Notes: generated by a model from the letters alone, not told the origin. Positions 27,899-38,151 are shown, numbered from the stretch's first letter. The stretch is 64,000 bases of DNA from a candidate division WWE3 bacterium UBA1401 (GCA_002305115.1 DBQF01000001.1:92447-156446); one strand, 5' to 3'. Numbers and translations: made by a program.

Positions 27899-28035
27899 CA
27901 CAGTAATTTGGATTTGTTTATTTCGGCCGGGGAGCCTTTATGGTAAACCGGCCTTTTGTTTGGGAAGGGTTGGTGGCTAACCATTATTGCTGATTCTCCC
28001 CCAACCCCATAAGTTAAGTTCTACATGGTCTCTTC

Positions 28036-28401
28036 CTATTGACAGTCCGCTGGTGGTTTGCGCAGTTGTGAATACCACTTCTCTATAGCCTGTTGTACTG
28101 TTTTACTAGTAATAGTTCGATTTTCATCTGCTAGTACTAGCCTGTACCAAGGAGCTGTCCATCCGCAGTTCTGGCATGTAACTCTAATATAAGCTACCCC
28201 AGGTATAGATCGCTGGTTTTTTTTGTAATACTTAATCTGACCTCTTATTAGTCTAGTTAGCCTATCCACCGGATTGTCATCCGTTTCTGCCCACTCCTCA
28301 AAGAGGTCTATAAGCGGTTCCTCTTCTAGATAGCCTAGAAATTCTACAACAACAATAAGGAAGTGAAGAGCCGTACTTTGTTTTGTTTCCACCTGTCCCA
28401 C
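28036..28401 (-). CDS. Hypothetical protein with CxxC
   Basis: 121 aa, GGGGGAG SD before GTG. Confidence 0.5.
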   Translation of the reverse strand: MGQVETKQSTALHFLIVVVEFLGYLEEEPLIDLFEEWAETDDNPVDRLTRLIRGQIKYYKKNQRSIPGVAYIRVTCQNCGWTAPWYRLVLADENRTITSKTVQQAIEKWYSQLRKPPADCQ

Positions 28402-28515
28402 AGTGCTCCCCCTTGTGTTTTCTTTGTAGCTGCAGCGAGTGCCGATGGCAGGATTATAGCATGGAGACTTTAAAGATTGAATTTATAGGGCGTTTAGTGC
28501 TATTCTCCTCTCGGA

Positions 28516-28863
28516 GTGCTTTATAGGGGAATAGACATGTATAGAGTGTTTATAGGTGTTGCCTTCACCTGTCTTTGCTTTTTGGTACTCTCCATTCACC
28601 AACTACACAGGTGTAGCAACAGCGAAAACATAGGGAGCGTACGAACACTGTTCCAGCCTTTTGTTACCTTGGCTTACGTGGGTGGTGTCTTTTCCGTGGC
28701 ATTTGCTGTGCTCTTCTTTGGCAATCAGCTCGATCTTGATGACGCCTTCGGCCTGGTGATCCTATTCATTGGGCTATCTTGGCTGGCTGCTGCATACATT
28801 GGTATAGCCAAGTTGCCAGCAGTACACCTCCCAAGAACTTTTCGATTCTTGCGCCGCAAGTGA
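28516..28863 (+). CDS. Small 3-TM membrane protein
   Basis: Hydrophobic ORF; probable start ATG 28537. Confidence 0.5.
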   Translation: MLYRGIDMYRVFIGVAFTCLCFLVLSIHQLHRCSNSENIGSVRTLFQPFVTLAYVGGVFSVAFAVLFFGNQLDLDDAFGLVILFIGLSWLAAAYIGIAKLPAVHLPRTFRFLRRK

Positions 28864-28989
28864 CGTTTTGGCATGGGGGATATTTAGTAAATAACAGGCA
28901 CTCCTATCCCCCGCCCACTCTTCCCGTTACACTATAAGACAAAATTTTGATATACTTCGCCGCGGGAGTGCCTCGAATAGGAGGGATTG

Positions 28990-29085
28990 ATGAGTCTGTT
29001 AATTTCTGTGGTTGGGTTTGTTGCCGCTTTTTCGGTCTTTTTTGTAGTACAGATCATCGACGTTGTTATATTTTACCTGCGCTAA
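28990..29085 (+). CDS. 31-aa single-TM peptide (not in the ORF track)
   Basis: AGGAGGGA SD then MSLLISVVGFVAAFSVFFVVQIIDVVIFYLR*, followed by a hairpin. Confidence 0.45.
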   Translation: MSLLISVVGFVAAFSVFFVVQIIDVVIFYLR

Positions 29086-29317
29086 CGTATTTTGCTTGTG
29101 GGAGGTACCAAACATTAGCACTCCTCCTCCCACAGCCCGCCTCCATAGCTCAACAATCTGCCAAACTCAAAAACCTCCTAACCTCCATACAAACATTCAT
29201 AAAATATCATCCATTGTCATAAAGCCTTAGACTTCCAAAACCTTACAACCTCCCTTGCTATAAAAAAGCACTTGCCAAAACTTGCCACTATACCCACCTT
29301 CTATATAATTGCGCCCT

Positions 29318-31189
29318 ATGTCTAAATTTCCTATCACTCCCATACTCTTTTCCCTCACAGTACTTACTTTGGCTGTGCCAAGACTAGCCCACGCAGATAT
29401 TAATTCCTGGCAGAAAGGCCTAACACTAAGATTAACCAACGAAAATACTTCGGATGTAGATGCTTCCTTGCGCACGCTGGCTGAAACCGGTGCCAACTAC
29501 GTTACCATTACACCCGGCTGGCTTACGGACAACGAAAAATCAAGCAACGTGTACAGAAAAGCCCGAACACCCTCTGATGAAATTCTCATCTACACGATAA
29601 AAAAAGCCCATACCATGGGTTTGAAAGTAATGCTTAAGCCACACATTGATATTAGTAACGGCAACTGGCGCGCGTTCATAGATCCAAACGACAAAGCTAC
29701 CTTCTTCAAAAACTACGGCAACATGATTATGCACTACGCCAACATAGCAAAAGACAACAACGTTGCTATGTTTTCCGTAGGTTGTGAATTGTACAAACTC
29801 ACCACCAACCAAGCTAACGAACACTATTGGCGAGATCTTATCGCTCAAGTAAGAAGTGTGTATAAAGGTGGCCTAACCTACAGTGCTACTGCCAGCAGTA
29901 GTTACTATGATGAAACAATCTTGCCATTCTGGGACGCTTTGGATTACGTAGGTGTTGATATTTACAGGAAGCTTGCTGATGACAAAAATCCTCCTATTTC
30001 TGAAATGCTGGCCAATTGGCAAAAAGTAGAAAATGACTTTGTGCTTCCATTAAAGAACAGAGTCAAAAAGCCAATTCTTATCACAGAACTGGGCTATAGG
30101 AGTATAGATGGTGCCGCAATGGAGCCGGAAAACTATACTCAAGACGCTTCCGTGGATTTGCAGGAACAAGCAGACTTGTATAAAGCCATGTTGGAATTCT
30201 GGAAAGATAAAGATTATATGGTAGGAATTCACATTTGGGACTGGAAACCCTGGGAAAATGCCGGAGGTTCTACAGACAAAGACTATACCGCTCAGAATAA
30301 ACCTGCTGAAGATGTGCTGACCTCCTATTGGAAAGGTAGCTCAACCCCTTCTGAACCTACAGAGCCTACCCAACCCCAGCCAACACAGTCAACGCTTACT
30401 GTAGGAAGCACCTTCTTCACAGATCGTGACTATACTATCAAGGCGTTACCCAAGTATTTGGAAGGGCTTGAATTGCTAAAAACTAAGAACGATGATAAAT
30501 ACTCAACTAATTCGAACTATCTATCGTTTGATTTAGCTCAAGACGCTACTGTCTATGTGTTGTTTGACGGCAGGGCAACCTCCTTACCAAAATGGCTAGA
30601 CGGGTGGACAAAGCAACCAGCGCAAGTGGCAACTACAGATACTACCTTTAATGTGTATGAGAAAACTTTTGGCGCAAGTAGTGTAACTCTAGGTGGTAAC
30701 GCTGTTTCACCTATGAGTGGAGCTCAAAGTAACTATTTTGTAGCTATTGCAAAAGGTACCACTTCGGCGCCTGTTGAGAGTTTAATTTCTGATCTAACAG
30801 TTAAAGGCGCAAAGGCTACAGCGCAGACTGTAGCCAAGGGCAGCAAACTATACACCGATAGAGACTACACTATTACTTTGTTACCTAGTGAGCTTGTAGC
30901 CGGCAGCCATGTGCAAACGGCTAACGATGACAAGTACAGCACCAGCAGTAACTATGTGCAGTTTGCCTTAGGAAGTGCTGCCAACGTTTATGTAGTTTTT
31001 GACAATAGAGCAACTTCTTTACCGCACTGGCTTAGCAGCTGGGAAAAGACAAGCAACGTTATTGACACTTCGGATGTGAAATTTACTGTATACAAGAAGA
31101 GCTTTAATGCGGGTGATGTTGTGTTAGGTGGAAATGGTGTTTCGCCCATGAATGGTGCCCAAAGTAACTATTTTGTGATTGTGAAGTAA
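29318..31189 (+). CDS. Secreted GH113-like glycoside hydrolase with a Pro/Thr linker and two tandem C-terminal modules
   Basis: GLKVMLKPHI, VGCEL, FWDALDYVGVDIY, PILITELGYRS, NKPAE; duplicated DRDY..NDDK..LGGN..SNYFV module. Confidence 0.85.
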   Translation: MSKFPITPILFSLTVLTLAVPRLAHADINSWQKGLTLRLTNENTSDVDASLRTLAETGANYVTITPGWLTDNEKSSNVYRKARTPSDEILIYTIKKAHTMGLKVMLKPHIDISNGNWRAFIDPNDKATFFKNYGNMIMHYANIAKDNNVAMFSVGCELYKLTTNQANEHYWRDLIAQVRSVYKGGLTYSATASSSYYDETILPFWDALDYVGVDIYRKLADDKNPPISEMLANWQKVENDFVLPLKNRVKKPILITELGYRSIDGAAMEPENYTQDASVDLQEQADLYKAMLEFWKDKDYMVGIHIWDWKPWENAGGSTDKDYTAQNKPAEDVLTSYWKGSSTPSEPTEPTQPQPTQSTLTVGSTFFTDRDYTIKALPKYLEGLELLKTKNDDKYSTNSNYLSFDLAQDATVYVLFDGRATSLPKWLDGWTKQPAQVATTDTTFNVYEKTFGASSVTLGGNAVSPMSGAQSNYFVAIAKGTTSAPVESLISDLTVKGAKATAQTVAKGSKLYTDRDYTITLLPSELVAGSHVQTANDDKYSTSSNYVQFALGSAANVYVVFDNRATSLPHWLSSWEKTSNVIDTSDVKFTVYKKSFNAGDVVLGGNGVSPMNGAQSNYFVIVK

Positions 31190-31206
31190 CGCCCTTGTAT
31201 TCCCCT

Positions 31207-33615
31207 TTAGGGGGCGCCGTATGGTGCCCCCATAAAGGTTACTTTAGATCTTTCGGCTAATTCCTCAAGCCTTGCTTGCGCTTTCCCATAAACAGAATCT
31301 TTGGGATATCTGCCATCCTCTGTTTTTTCCCCCGCAGGCATACCTGTTAACAGCTCTATTCCTTCGGTAATATGCTTTATCGGATAAATGGCAAACTGGC
31401 CTTGTTTTACTGCCTCAATTACTTCATCTTTAAGTACCAGATTTTTTACATTACTCTCTGGAATCAGTACACCTTGTGTGCCTGTTAAACCTTTAACTTT
31501 ACATATTTCAAAAAAGCCTTCGATTTTTTCATTCACCCCGCCAATAGCTTGTACCTGACCTTGCTGGTTTACCGAACCTGTAGTAGCAATATCTTGCCTA
31601 AGGGGTAGTCCGGCCAAACTTGATAACAGTACATAAAGTTCTGCAGAAGAAGCACTGTCACCTTCTACTTCTGAATAGCTTTGTTCAAAGGCCAGGCTTG
31701 CCCATAGCGCTAATGGTATATGCGCGAAAGCTTCCCGTAAGTAGCCGGTTAAAATTAACACACCTTTGTTGTGAATCTTGCCGCCCAGTTCCGTTTCCCG
31801 CTCAATGTTAACTACACCTTCCCTGCCCGCACTCACCCTTGCGGTGATTCTGGAAGGTTTTCCAAAGGCGTAATCTCCCAACTGCGTCACAGCGAGACCA
31901 TTTATTTGTCCTGTTTCATATTCTTTGGTTTCTATAAGCAAGGTGCCTTCTTTAATCATATCTTTAATAATTTCGTCGATTTTGTTAGATCTATATATCT
32001 TTTTATCGATGGCTGTTTTTACATCTACATCTTGTACGAGATTATGATGTGTCTTTCCTGCCCAAAAGCTTGATTCACGAATAAGGTTGGAAAGAGTTTC
32101 GAATTTTGTAGACAATTTAGTTTGGCTGCCTACTATTCTGGAAGCATACTCTATAAAAGCCGCTACCCCGCCTGGCGCAAAATGGATTAAACCTTCTTCT
32201 GTGCATAGTTTAGCTACATATCTTGCATAAGCAAGAGCACTATCCTCATTCCAGTCTGTAAAAGCAGAAAAGTCGGCTTGAACTTTAAATAATCTGCGAA
32301 AATCGTCATCCAGATAATAAAGTAAGTAATAAATCCAGGAACTTCCTAGAACTACTACTTTAACGTCTAAAGGAATTGGCTGTGGTTCTAGTGTTTTTGT
32401 TACTGTAGTTCTGTATTCTTTACCCAGTACTTCTATTTGAATTTCTTTTTGTTCCAGTGCTCTTTTAAGTGCCTCCCAGGCAAATGGTTTAGTAAGAATA
32501 TCTTGCGCTTTCACTAACAGATAACCCCCGTTTGCTTTATGTAGTGCTCCGGGTTTTATATTTTGGAAATTAGTAACTAGCGCTCCAAACTGTACTTCAA
32601 ATTCGATGGTACCTACCAGATTATGGTAGTTAGGGTTTTCTTCGACTATGACTGGTGCGCCCTTCTGTTGGGAATTATCCACAATTAAATTTACCTTGTA
32701 AGTATCCAGGGAAGGTTTACGCTCAAACAATCTGGCCAGGGGATTCGCGCTATCTTCTTTCTTGCTCATGCCTTTAAACAGATCAGTTTTATCTAAAATA
32801 TCTTGTTCCACGTTTGTTATAAAGCCGATTACTTTTTTGTACTGTGCATATCGAACTTTTAACGGTTCGATGTGTGGTTTTATGGCTTCTTTTAGCATCT
32901 CTTTGTCTAGTGATCCCAGTTTTGTCTTGAATTCTTGCTGGACTTGTTTAGCCTGTCTTAGGATAGTATTAAGTTTTTGTTGCAACTCCTCCTTATATTT
33001 TTCAAGTTTTTCCAGGGTTCTTTTATTTAGCTGATCGTATTTATCTGGTGATATAACTTCGCCGTTTATGACCGGCATAACGATAAAGCCTTGTGGTGCC
33101 TCTATTACTGTAAAGTTTTTTGTTTTGGCTTCAGTTTCAAACTCTTTAAGCAGATTTGTTTTCTGTTCTTCCACGTCCTTTTGCAATGTTTCTATTTTTT
33201 GTTGATATTCTTTTTGTTCGAATATATCAGGAACTTCTGTTTCGAGTACCCGCACTAATCCTGCCATATCTTCGCACAGCTGTCTGCCTTTTCCTGAAGG
33301 TAAATTTATTGCTATTGGTTTATCCGGTTCTGCAAAGTTATTAACGTACATCCATTCATCCGGTACTTGTTCATCTTCTGCAAGTTTTTGTAGAAAGCTG
33401 TAAGTTATGTCTTTTTTTCTCAGATCTGAATCACCTAAGGCAAATACGTGATACCCGTTATTTTTTATGTTAGTACCAAATGCTAAGGCTTCCATAGCCC
33501 GCTCCTGGCCAATAACTATTTCTAGTGGGTCTATTTCTTTGGTGCTTGTAAAGTTAAACCAGGAGGCATCAACTTTGCGTTTAAGCTTTTCGGGTTCCAG
33601 AGGTTGTATAGACAT
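31207..33615 (-). CDS. Lon-family (LonC-like) protease
   Basis: IGQERA, PGALHKANGGYL, GQINGL, EGDSASSAE, GGVNEKIEGF; degenerate Walker A. Confidence 0.92.
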   Translation of the reverse strand: MSIQPLEPEKLKRKVDASWFNFTSTKEIDPLEIVIGQERAMEALAFGTNIKNNGYHVFALGDSDLRKKDITYSFLQKLAEDEQVPDEWMYVNNFAEPDKPIAINLPSGKGRQLCEDMAGLVRVLETEVPDIFEQKEYQQKIETLQKDVEEQKTNLLKEFETEAKTKNFTVIEAPQGFIVMPVINGEVISPDKYDQLNKRTLEKLEKYKEELQQKLNTILRQAKQVQQEFKTKLGSLDKEMLKEAIKPHIEPLKVRYAQYKKVIGFITNVEQDILDKTDLFKGMSKKEDSANPLARLFERKPSLDTYKVNLIVDNSQQKGAPVIVEENPNYHNLVGTIEFEVQFGALVTNFQNIKPGALHKANGGYLLVKAQDILTKPFAWEALKRALEQKEIQIEVLGKEYRTTVTKTLEPQPIPLDVKVVVLGSSWIYYLLYYLDDDFRRLFKVQADFSAFTDWNEDSALAYARYVAKLCTEEGLIHFAPGGVAAFIEYASRIVGSQTKLSTKFETLSNLIRESSFWAGKTHHNLVQDVDVKTAIDKKIYRSNKIDEIIKDMIKEGTLLIETKEYETGQINGLAVTQLGDYAFGKPSRITARVSAGREGVVNIERETELGGKIHNKGVLILTGYLREAFAHIPLALWASLAFEQSYSEVEGDSASSAELYVLLSSLAGLPLRQDIATTGSVNQQGQVQAIGGVNEKIEGFFEICKVKGLTGTQGVLIPESNVKNLVLKDEVIEAVKQGQFAIYPIKHITEGIELLTGMPAGEKTEDGRYPKDSVYGKAQARLEELAERSKVTFMGAPYGAP

Positions 33616-33678
33616 GGTATTAAACTTACTGGTTTAAGGTTAAAAACTGATAAGAATAATGCTAGAGTTGTGTGTATC

Positions 33679-34512
33679 CTATGGTTTGTCTATTTTGGTG
33701 ACGGTGTTATTTTCTAAAGTTACGTAGCTAAGTACAGCGTTGTTATCTTCGTTTATTTCACTAATGCTATTTGCAGGGTCTATTACAGAACGGATAATAT
33801 AATTGCCATTGGCTATACCGGTGATATCTATCATCTGGCCTTCCACTCCTGCTCCATACTTATCTATCCAGCCTACCGACAAGCCTTGTGTTTTTTTGTT
33901 ACACCCCACATAAGTCTGGCTGGCCGCGTTATCTTGCGGCGCCTCTTTATACTGTTCCCAGTCTTGAATACAAAAGCTCATCTTTTCTGTGGCGGCAAGC
34001 TTTTCTTCCGGCATCCTATCGTCACCTATGGTCCAGAGTTCGAAATTGGTGATATTTTCCAAATGCCAGTGGCTGTGTTCAGGATGATATATAAATTTTC
34101 CTACAACTCTTTGCTGAGTGCCGCCATTTTCAGTATAAATTGTTTGGAGTACTTGGGTTGTATCTGCTTCTGGATTGTCTTTACTGGTCAGCTCTAGAGG
34201 CCCCTTACCCAAGTTTGCAAAAGAGGTGCTAAATCTCAGTTCCTTTTGGCCATTAGTTTGTTGTATAAGGAGTTTTTCCGGGGGTAGTATGACAAGGTCT
34301 GGCAAAAGTAAGTTTTGTGTATTAACAGTTTTTTGATCTCCCGCTTTTGTCCTATTCTGGTACGCTCTGATGCCTAGTGTTCCTATGACTATTAGTACTG
34401 CCAGCAGTATATACTTATGCACGTCGTTAGTATGTGGTGTTGGTATTAATTTAACGTGAAAGTGTTGTAATAGTTGTGTAATTACTTTGTTTCTTAATGT
34501 CCTCTTGAGCAA
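33679..34512 (-). CDS. Lysyl-oxidase-like protein, membrane anchored
   Basis: LLPDL, LRFST..N.G.GPL, HPEHSHWH, KMSFCIQD, QGLSVGWIDKY, E..EDNN; true start probably internal. Confidence 0.85.
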   Translation of the reverse strand: MLKRTLRNKVITQLLQHFHVKLIPTPHTNDVHKYILLAVLIVIGTLGIRAYQNRTKAGDQKTVNTQNLLLPDLVILPPEKLLIQQTNGQKELRFSTSFANLGKGPLELTSKDNPEADTTQVLQTIYTENGGTQQRVVGKFIYHPEHSHWHLENITNFELWTIGDDRMPEEKLAATEKMSFCIQDWEQYKEAPQDNAASQTYVGCNKKTQGLSVGWIDKYGAGVEGQMIDITGIANGNYIIRSVIDPANSISEINEDNNAVLSYVTLENNTVTKIDKP

Positions 34513-34573
34513 TTCTAATTACTCTCTTATGTTCACTGGTTATTCTTACGCAAAGAATGGGGGTGATTAGTGT

Positions 34574-34768
34574 ATGGTAAGTACCGCAGATGTAATGCAA
34601 GCAGTCTCAGGGATAGACTTACCTAAGAGTAAGCAGGAAGTTGTTGATTACGCTAAAAAGAAGGGTGCTTCCGGCGAGGTAATGTCTGCTTTGCAAAAGT
34701 TGCCCGAACGACAATATGAAGACGCCACAGATATAACTGAGGCTATGGGCGAGATGGAAGAAATGTAA
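34574..34768 (+). CDS. DUF2795-family small protein
   Basis: GIDLPKSK..VV.YA...GA..EV..AL..LP.RQY. Confidence 0.85.
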   Translation: MVSTADVMQAVSGIDLPKSKQEVVDYAKKKGASGEVMSALQKLPERQYEDATDITEAMGEMEEM

Positions 34769-34832
34769 GAGGCTACTTTTGGGGGGTACAATACTGTACC
34801 CCCCTTGCGGGGGTACTCGCAATGTAATTATT

Positions 34833-35375
34833 ATGCCGAGTTATGCTACAGCTGTGTTTGGAGCAGGGTGCTTTTGGTGCACCGAAGCGATTTTTACCCG
34901 ATTAAAAGGTGTAGTTGAAGTTATACCCGGCTATGCCGGAGGTACTACAGAGAAACCTACATATTTACAGGTTTCCAGAGGATCTACCGGGCACGCTGAA
35001 GTAGTCAAGGTTATATTTGATCCCCAAATTATCTCTTATACAGATTTATTGGACGTATTTTTCAGTATGCATGACCCAACTACGTTGAACAGGCAGGGGG
35101 CTGATGTGGGGACGCAGTATAGATCTATGATTTTGTATACAGCCGAAGACCAGCGTGTGGAGGCAAAACGGTATATTCAAGATTTAGCTGCGTCTGGTAA
35201 GTTTGATTCTCCTATTGTTACCGAAGTACAACCACTAGACCGGTTTTATGCCGCTGAGCCGTTTCATAGAGATTATTACGCTGCTAACCCCAATGTGCCT
35301 TATTGTGTTTTAGTGGTTGACCCTAAAATTGAGCATCTCAAACGTGCTCAACCTGGTCTGTACAGAGAACTTTAA
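34833..35375 (+). CDS. msrA: Peptide methionine sulfoxide reductase A
   Basis: GAGCFWCTEA, TGHAEVV, HDPTTLNRQG.DVGTQYRS. Confidence 0.96.
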   Translation: MPSYATAVFGAGCFWCTEAIFTRLKGVVEVIPGYAGGTTEKPTYLQVSRGSTGHAEVVKVIFDPQIISYTDLLDVFFSMHDPTTLNRQGADVGTQYRSMILYTAEDQRVEAKRYIQDLAASGKFDSPIVTEVQPLDRFYAAEPFHRDYYAANPNVPYCVLVVDPKIEHLKRAQPGLYREL

Positions 35376-36157
35376 GGTTGCAAAACTTCTTCTTCACTTC
35401 CGTTTACAGTTATTATCACTTCTTCTACTGTAGGGAATTGTTGCAGGGTTTGTGTAATCTGTGCTCTTATTGCTTGTACCCGGCAAGAACCTGCCGCAGT
35501 GTTTAGGGTTGTATTGAAGTCCACTGTGGCTGTTCCATCTTCAATTGTTAGATTTTGTAGTTGGGTATTTTCTGGAATATTGGTGATCAGGCCTTGTTCT
35601 TGTTCTTCGGCGGTTGTGCCTAGGAGTAGTTGCTCTATGGCTGCTTCCCCTATACGGGGTGTTTCTTCTACGTTTCTTTTTACAGGAATTACTTTTGTGC
35701 AGTCCTGTTCTCCTTGTTGACTAAAAAACACTACAACTGTGTTTGTTTGTGGCTGTTCTGTGGTTATAACTTCCAGTCTTGTTACTTCTACGGTGTTGTT
35801 TTCCCTGACGCCTCTGATAAGTACTCTATCACCGGGCTGGAGGTTTGCTTGGGTACAGGGAAGTTGTGTGCTGTTAAAGCACTGGCTGTTTTGGGTGATG
35901 TTTAATTGTACGTTTAAGGCGGGGGCGCCTGGTTGTTCGTATATCAAAAACCATTCGCCTTGAGGTTGTCCGGGGTTGTTTCTGGTTAGGGTGCCGGTTT
36001 CTACGAAGTTGATTTGTTGGCTAGTCTGAGGTGGTGTTGTGGTTTCGGTGTTTATGGTGTCTATTCTTTGGTTTAGTCTGATTAGGGCGTAGGTGCCCAT
36101 GCCTATGAGCAGGGCAAGTATGATTAGTAGTAAGCCTATTTTTTTATTCATATGCAT
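35372..36157 (-). CDS. GerMN-domain membrane-anchored protein
   Basis: AAIEQLL.G, GTATVDF, GSCRV.AIRAQITQTL.QFPTV. Confidence 0.85.
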   Translation of the reverse strand: MHMNKKIGLLLIILALLIGMGTYALIRLNQRIDTINTETTTPPQTSQQINFVETGTLTRNNPGQPQGEWFLIYEQPGAPALNVQLNITQNSQCFNSTQLPCTQANLQPGDRVLIRGVRENNTVEVTRLEVITTEQPQTNTVVVFFSQQGEQDCTKVIPVKRNVEETPRIGEAAIEQLLLGTTAEEQEQGLITNIPENTQLQNLTIEDGTATVDFNTTLNTAAGSCRVQAIRAQITQTLQQFPTVEEVIITVNGSEEEVLQP

Positions 36158-36284
36158 GTAGTTTGTAGTTTTTTTGTTAAGATTATATAAGAATTAAGTA
36201 AAAGCTTGATTAGTATATACTATCCCATAGCTTGACAAATATATCGCTATGGGATTAAAATTCGAGTATTGAGGGGGTAGAGAC

Positions 36285-36506
36285 ATGTCAGGGATTTTTG
36301 GGTTTTTGAAATTTCTGCTGCGAAAAATCGTCACTGCACTTCTCATTGTTGGTGTTTTGTTTGCGGCACGCTTTATTGCTAGCACAGCATTCGTGCCGCT
36401 TATTGAGCTGATAGGCGCTTATTGGCGAGAAATGGCGTTGTACATCATAGGTTACGTGTTCCTATGGTGGTTTTGGGACAAGTATCTCCAAAAAGGAGGA
36501 GATTGA
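36285..36506 (+). CDS. Small 2-TM membrane protein
   Basis: GAGGGGG SD; TTGACA promoter upstream. Confidence 0.55.
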   Translation: MSGIFGFLKFLLRKIVTALLIVGVLFAARFIASTAFVPLIELIGAYWREMALYIIGYVFLWWFWDKYLQKGGD

Positions 36507-36527
36507 GGCCATTACTAAGTAAGGGAG

Positions 36528-36728
36528 GTGAGACAATATGGGGTAATAATTGGGGCGCTTGTGCTTGGGTTCCTAGGGTTTTGTGTAGGAGGTCCTCTTG
36601 GTGCTTTTGTTGGTTTTTGCTTAGCTTTGTTTGCAGGTTTCTTGTGCTCTGGGTGTGGTGACCCAAATGACCCAGGTAAGCCTCCTCCTCCTGGTCCACC
36701 GGATCCTACGGACAACGGAAAAGGCTAA
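36528..36728 (+). CDS. Small membrane protein with a Pro-rich tail
   Basis: Gly-rich TM hairpin, then PGKPPPPGPPDP. Confidence 0.45.
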   Translation: MRQYGVIIGALVLGFLGFCVGGPLGAFVGFCLALFAGFLCSGCGDPNDPGKPPPPGPPDPTDNGKG

Positions 36729-36900
36729 GGAGATAGTGATGATGCCCACTTTTTGATGACTCGGGGGAAATGTAAATCCAGACTACATCAGCCTACCACC
36801 CCGGGTCTTTTTCGTGCCCAAAAACCCCCAAACTCTTATCATAAACCTTTATTACCCCCCTCTTACCAAACTTTCACAAAAATCCCCTAACATCCCCATC

Positions 36901-37350
36901 ATGCAACTAGAGAACTACGACATTCCCTTTGTCCCCACATCAGACAGTAGCCTCCAGACCATGATCAAGCTTGCAAATATCCGTACCGGTGAAACCGCGT
37001 GTGACCTTGGTGCTGGTGAAGGTAAGCTGGTTATAGCTATGGGCAAAATGGGTGCCATTGTAGACGGCTATGAAATTGATGCTAAGCGTGCGCAAACTGC
37101 TACTCAAAGAGTGAAGGCAGAAGGTCTTGATGACCGTGTGCGTATTTATCACCAGAACTTTTGGAATGCGCCCCTAAATAATTATGACGTGATTATGTTG
37201 TTTGGCATTACCCGCATTATGCCCAGGCTGGAAAAGAAAATTATGAAGGAAGGCAAGAAGGGCTTACGGGTTATTTCTAATGTGTTTACATTTCCGAATT
37301 GGAAGCCGAAAGAAAAGGAAGATAATATTTTGCTGTATGTGAAGGATTAA
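36901..37350 (+). CDS. Class I SAM-dependent methyltransferase
   Basis: PFVPT, DLGAGEG, GYEID, RVISNVF.FP.W. Confidence 0.88.
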   Translation: MQLENYDIPFVPTSDSSLQTMIKLANIRTGETACDLGAGEGKLVIAMGKMGAIVDGYEIDAKRAQTATQRVKAEGLDDRVRIYHQNFWNAPLNNYDVIMLFGITRIMPRLEKKIMKEGKKGLRVISNVFTFPNWKPKEKEDNILLYVKD

Positions 37351-37374
37351 AAACAGTCCCCGGATGTAGGCAAG

Positions 37375-37521
37375 CTAGCATTTAACAATTTTAATTACCT
37401 GGTTTACGGCGGCGGCCCCAATTGCTTGTAGCTCTGCGTGACCATTCTCGCGCACTACGCTGGCAATTGTTCCGGCCAAGGCTCTCGACTTTGATAGGGA
37501 CGAAACCTTGAGAACGTCCAT
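37375..37521 (-). pseudogene. spoVS: Truncated SpoVS-family gene
   Basis: MDVLKVSS.S...LAG.IA.VVRE.G.AELQAIGAAAVNQ, then an early stop at 48 aa (SpoVS is about 86 aa). Confidence 0.7.
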
Positions 37522-37804
37522 GCTACTGTCTCCTTTTCTCTTTGAAATGCATTTCGACACCGAAGCGCTAATTATACAATATAAATTTGGAAACCCAAGC
37601 GCTATAGGCCGCTGTATATGTTTAGAGTACCCCTGGGGGCAGACAAATTTCCCCTCTTTCTTTCCCTCTAAAATGTCTGCCCCGGGTTTGGCAATAAGCC
37701 CCTACTGGCAGGTAAAATTCCTGTCCAGAAGTACTATCAACTTTAATGTTCTTGTTTTGGAAAGTTATAGGAAGTAAGTAAGATTGCTGTAAGAGCCTAA
37801 AAAT

Positions 37805-37845
37805 TTGACAAAAGTTTTTGTACAGAGTATTATGAATACGTATTC
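37805..37845 (+). promoter_or_regulatory. Sigma70 promoter with an adjacent palindromic operator
   Basis: TTGACA-17-TATTAT followed directly by GAATACGTATTC. Confidence 0.7.
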
Positions 37846-37894
37846 GGAATTAATAATTTCAATTTGCTGAGTTTCTTAGGGTTTTGGAGGCTTG

Positions 37895-37923
37895 CCCGCC
37901 GAAGCTCTGGGAGCGAAGGCGGG
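37895..37923 (+). repeat. REP-like palindrome
   Basis: CCCGCC-GAA-GCTC-TGG-GAGC-GAA-GGCGGG. Confidence 0.6.
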
Positions 37924-37935
37924 AGGTGAATTTTT

Positions 37936-38151
37936 ATGCCATGGTTTGATAGAACAGGTCCTAGAGGTTTTGGCCCTATGACCGGTAGGGGCTTAGGTCC
38001 TTGTGGTAGGGGGTTTGGTTTTGGTAGAGGTCTCGGTTTGGGTAGGTTTTTTGGAAGAGGTTACCAGGAGCCTACTAAACAGGACTTAGAGGACTACAAA
38101 AAAACGCTGGAAGAAGAGTTAAAGGCTGTAGAAGAAGAACTTAATGCGTAA
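37936..38151 (+). CDS. DUF5320-family protein
   Basis: MP..DRTGP.G.GPMTGRGLGPC, Gly/Arg-rich segment, C-terminal coiled coil. Confidence 0.88.
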   Translation: MPWFDRTGPRGFGPMTGRGLGPCGRGFGFGRGLGLGRFFGRGYQEPTKQDLEDYKKTLEEELKAVEEELNA

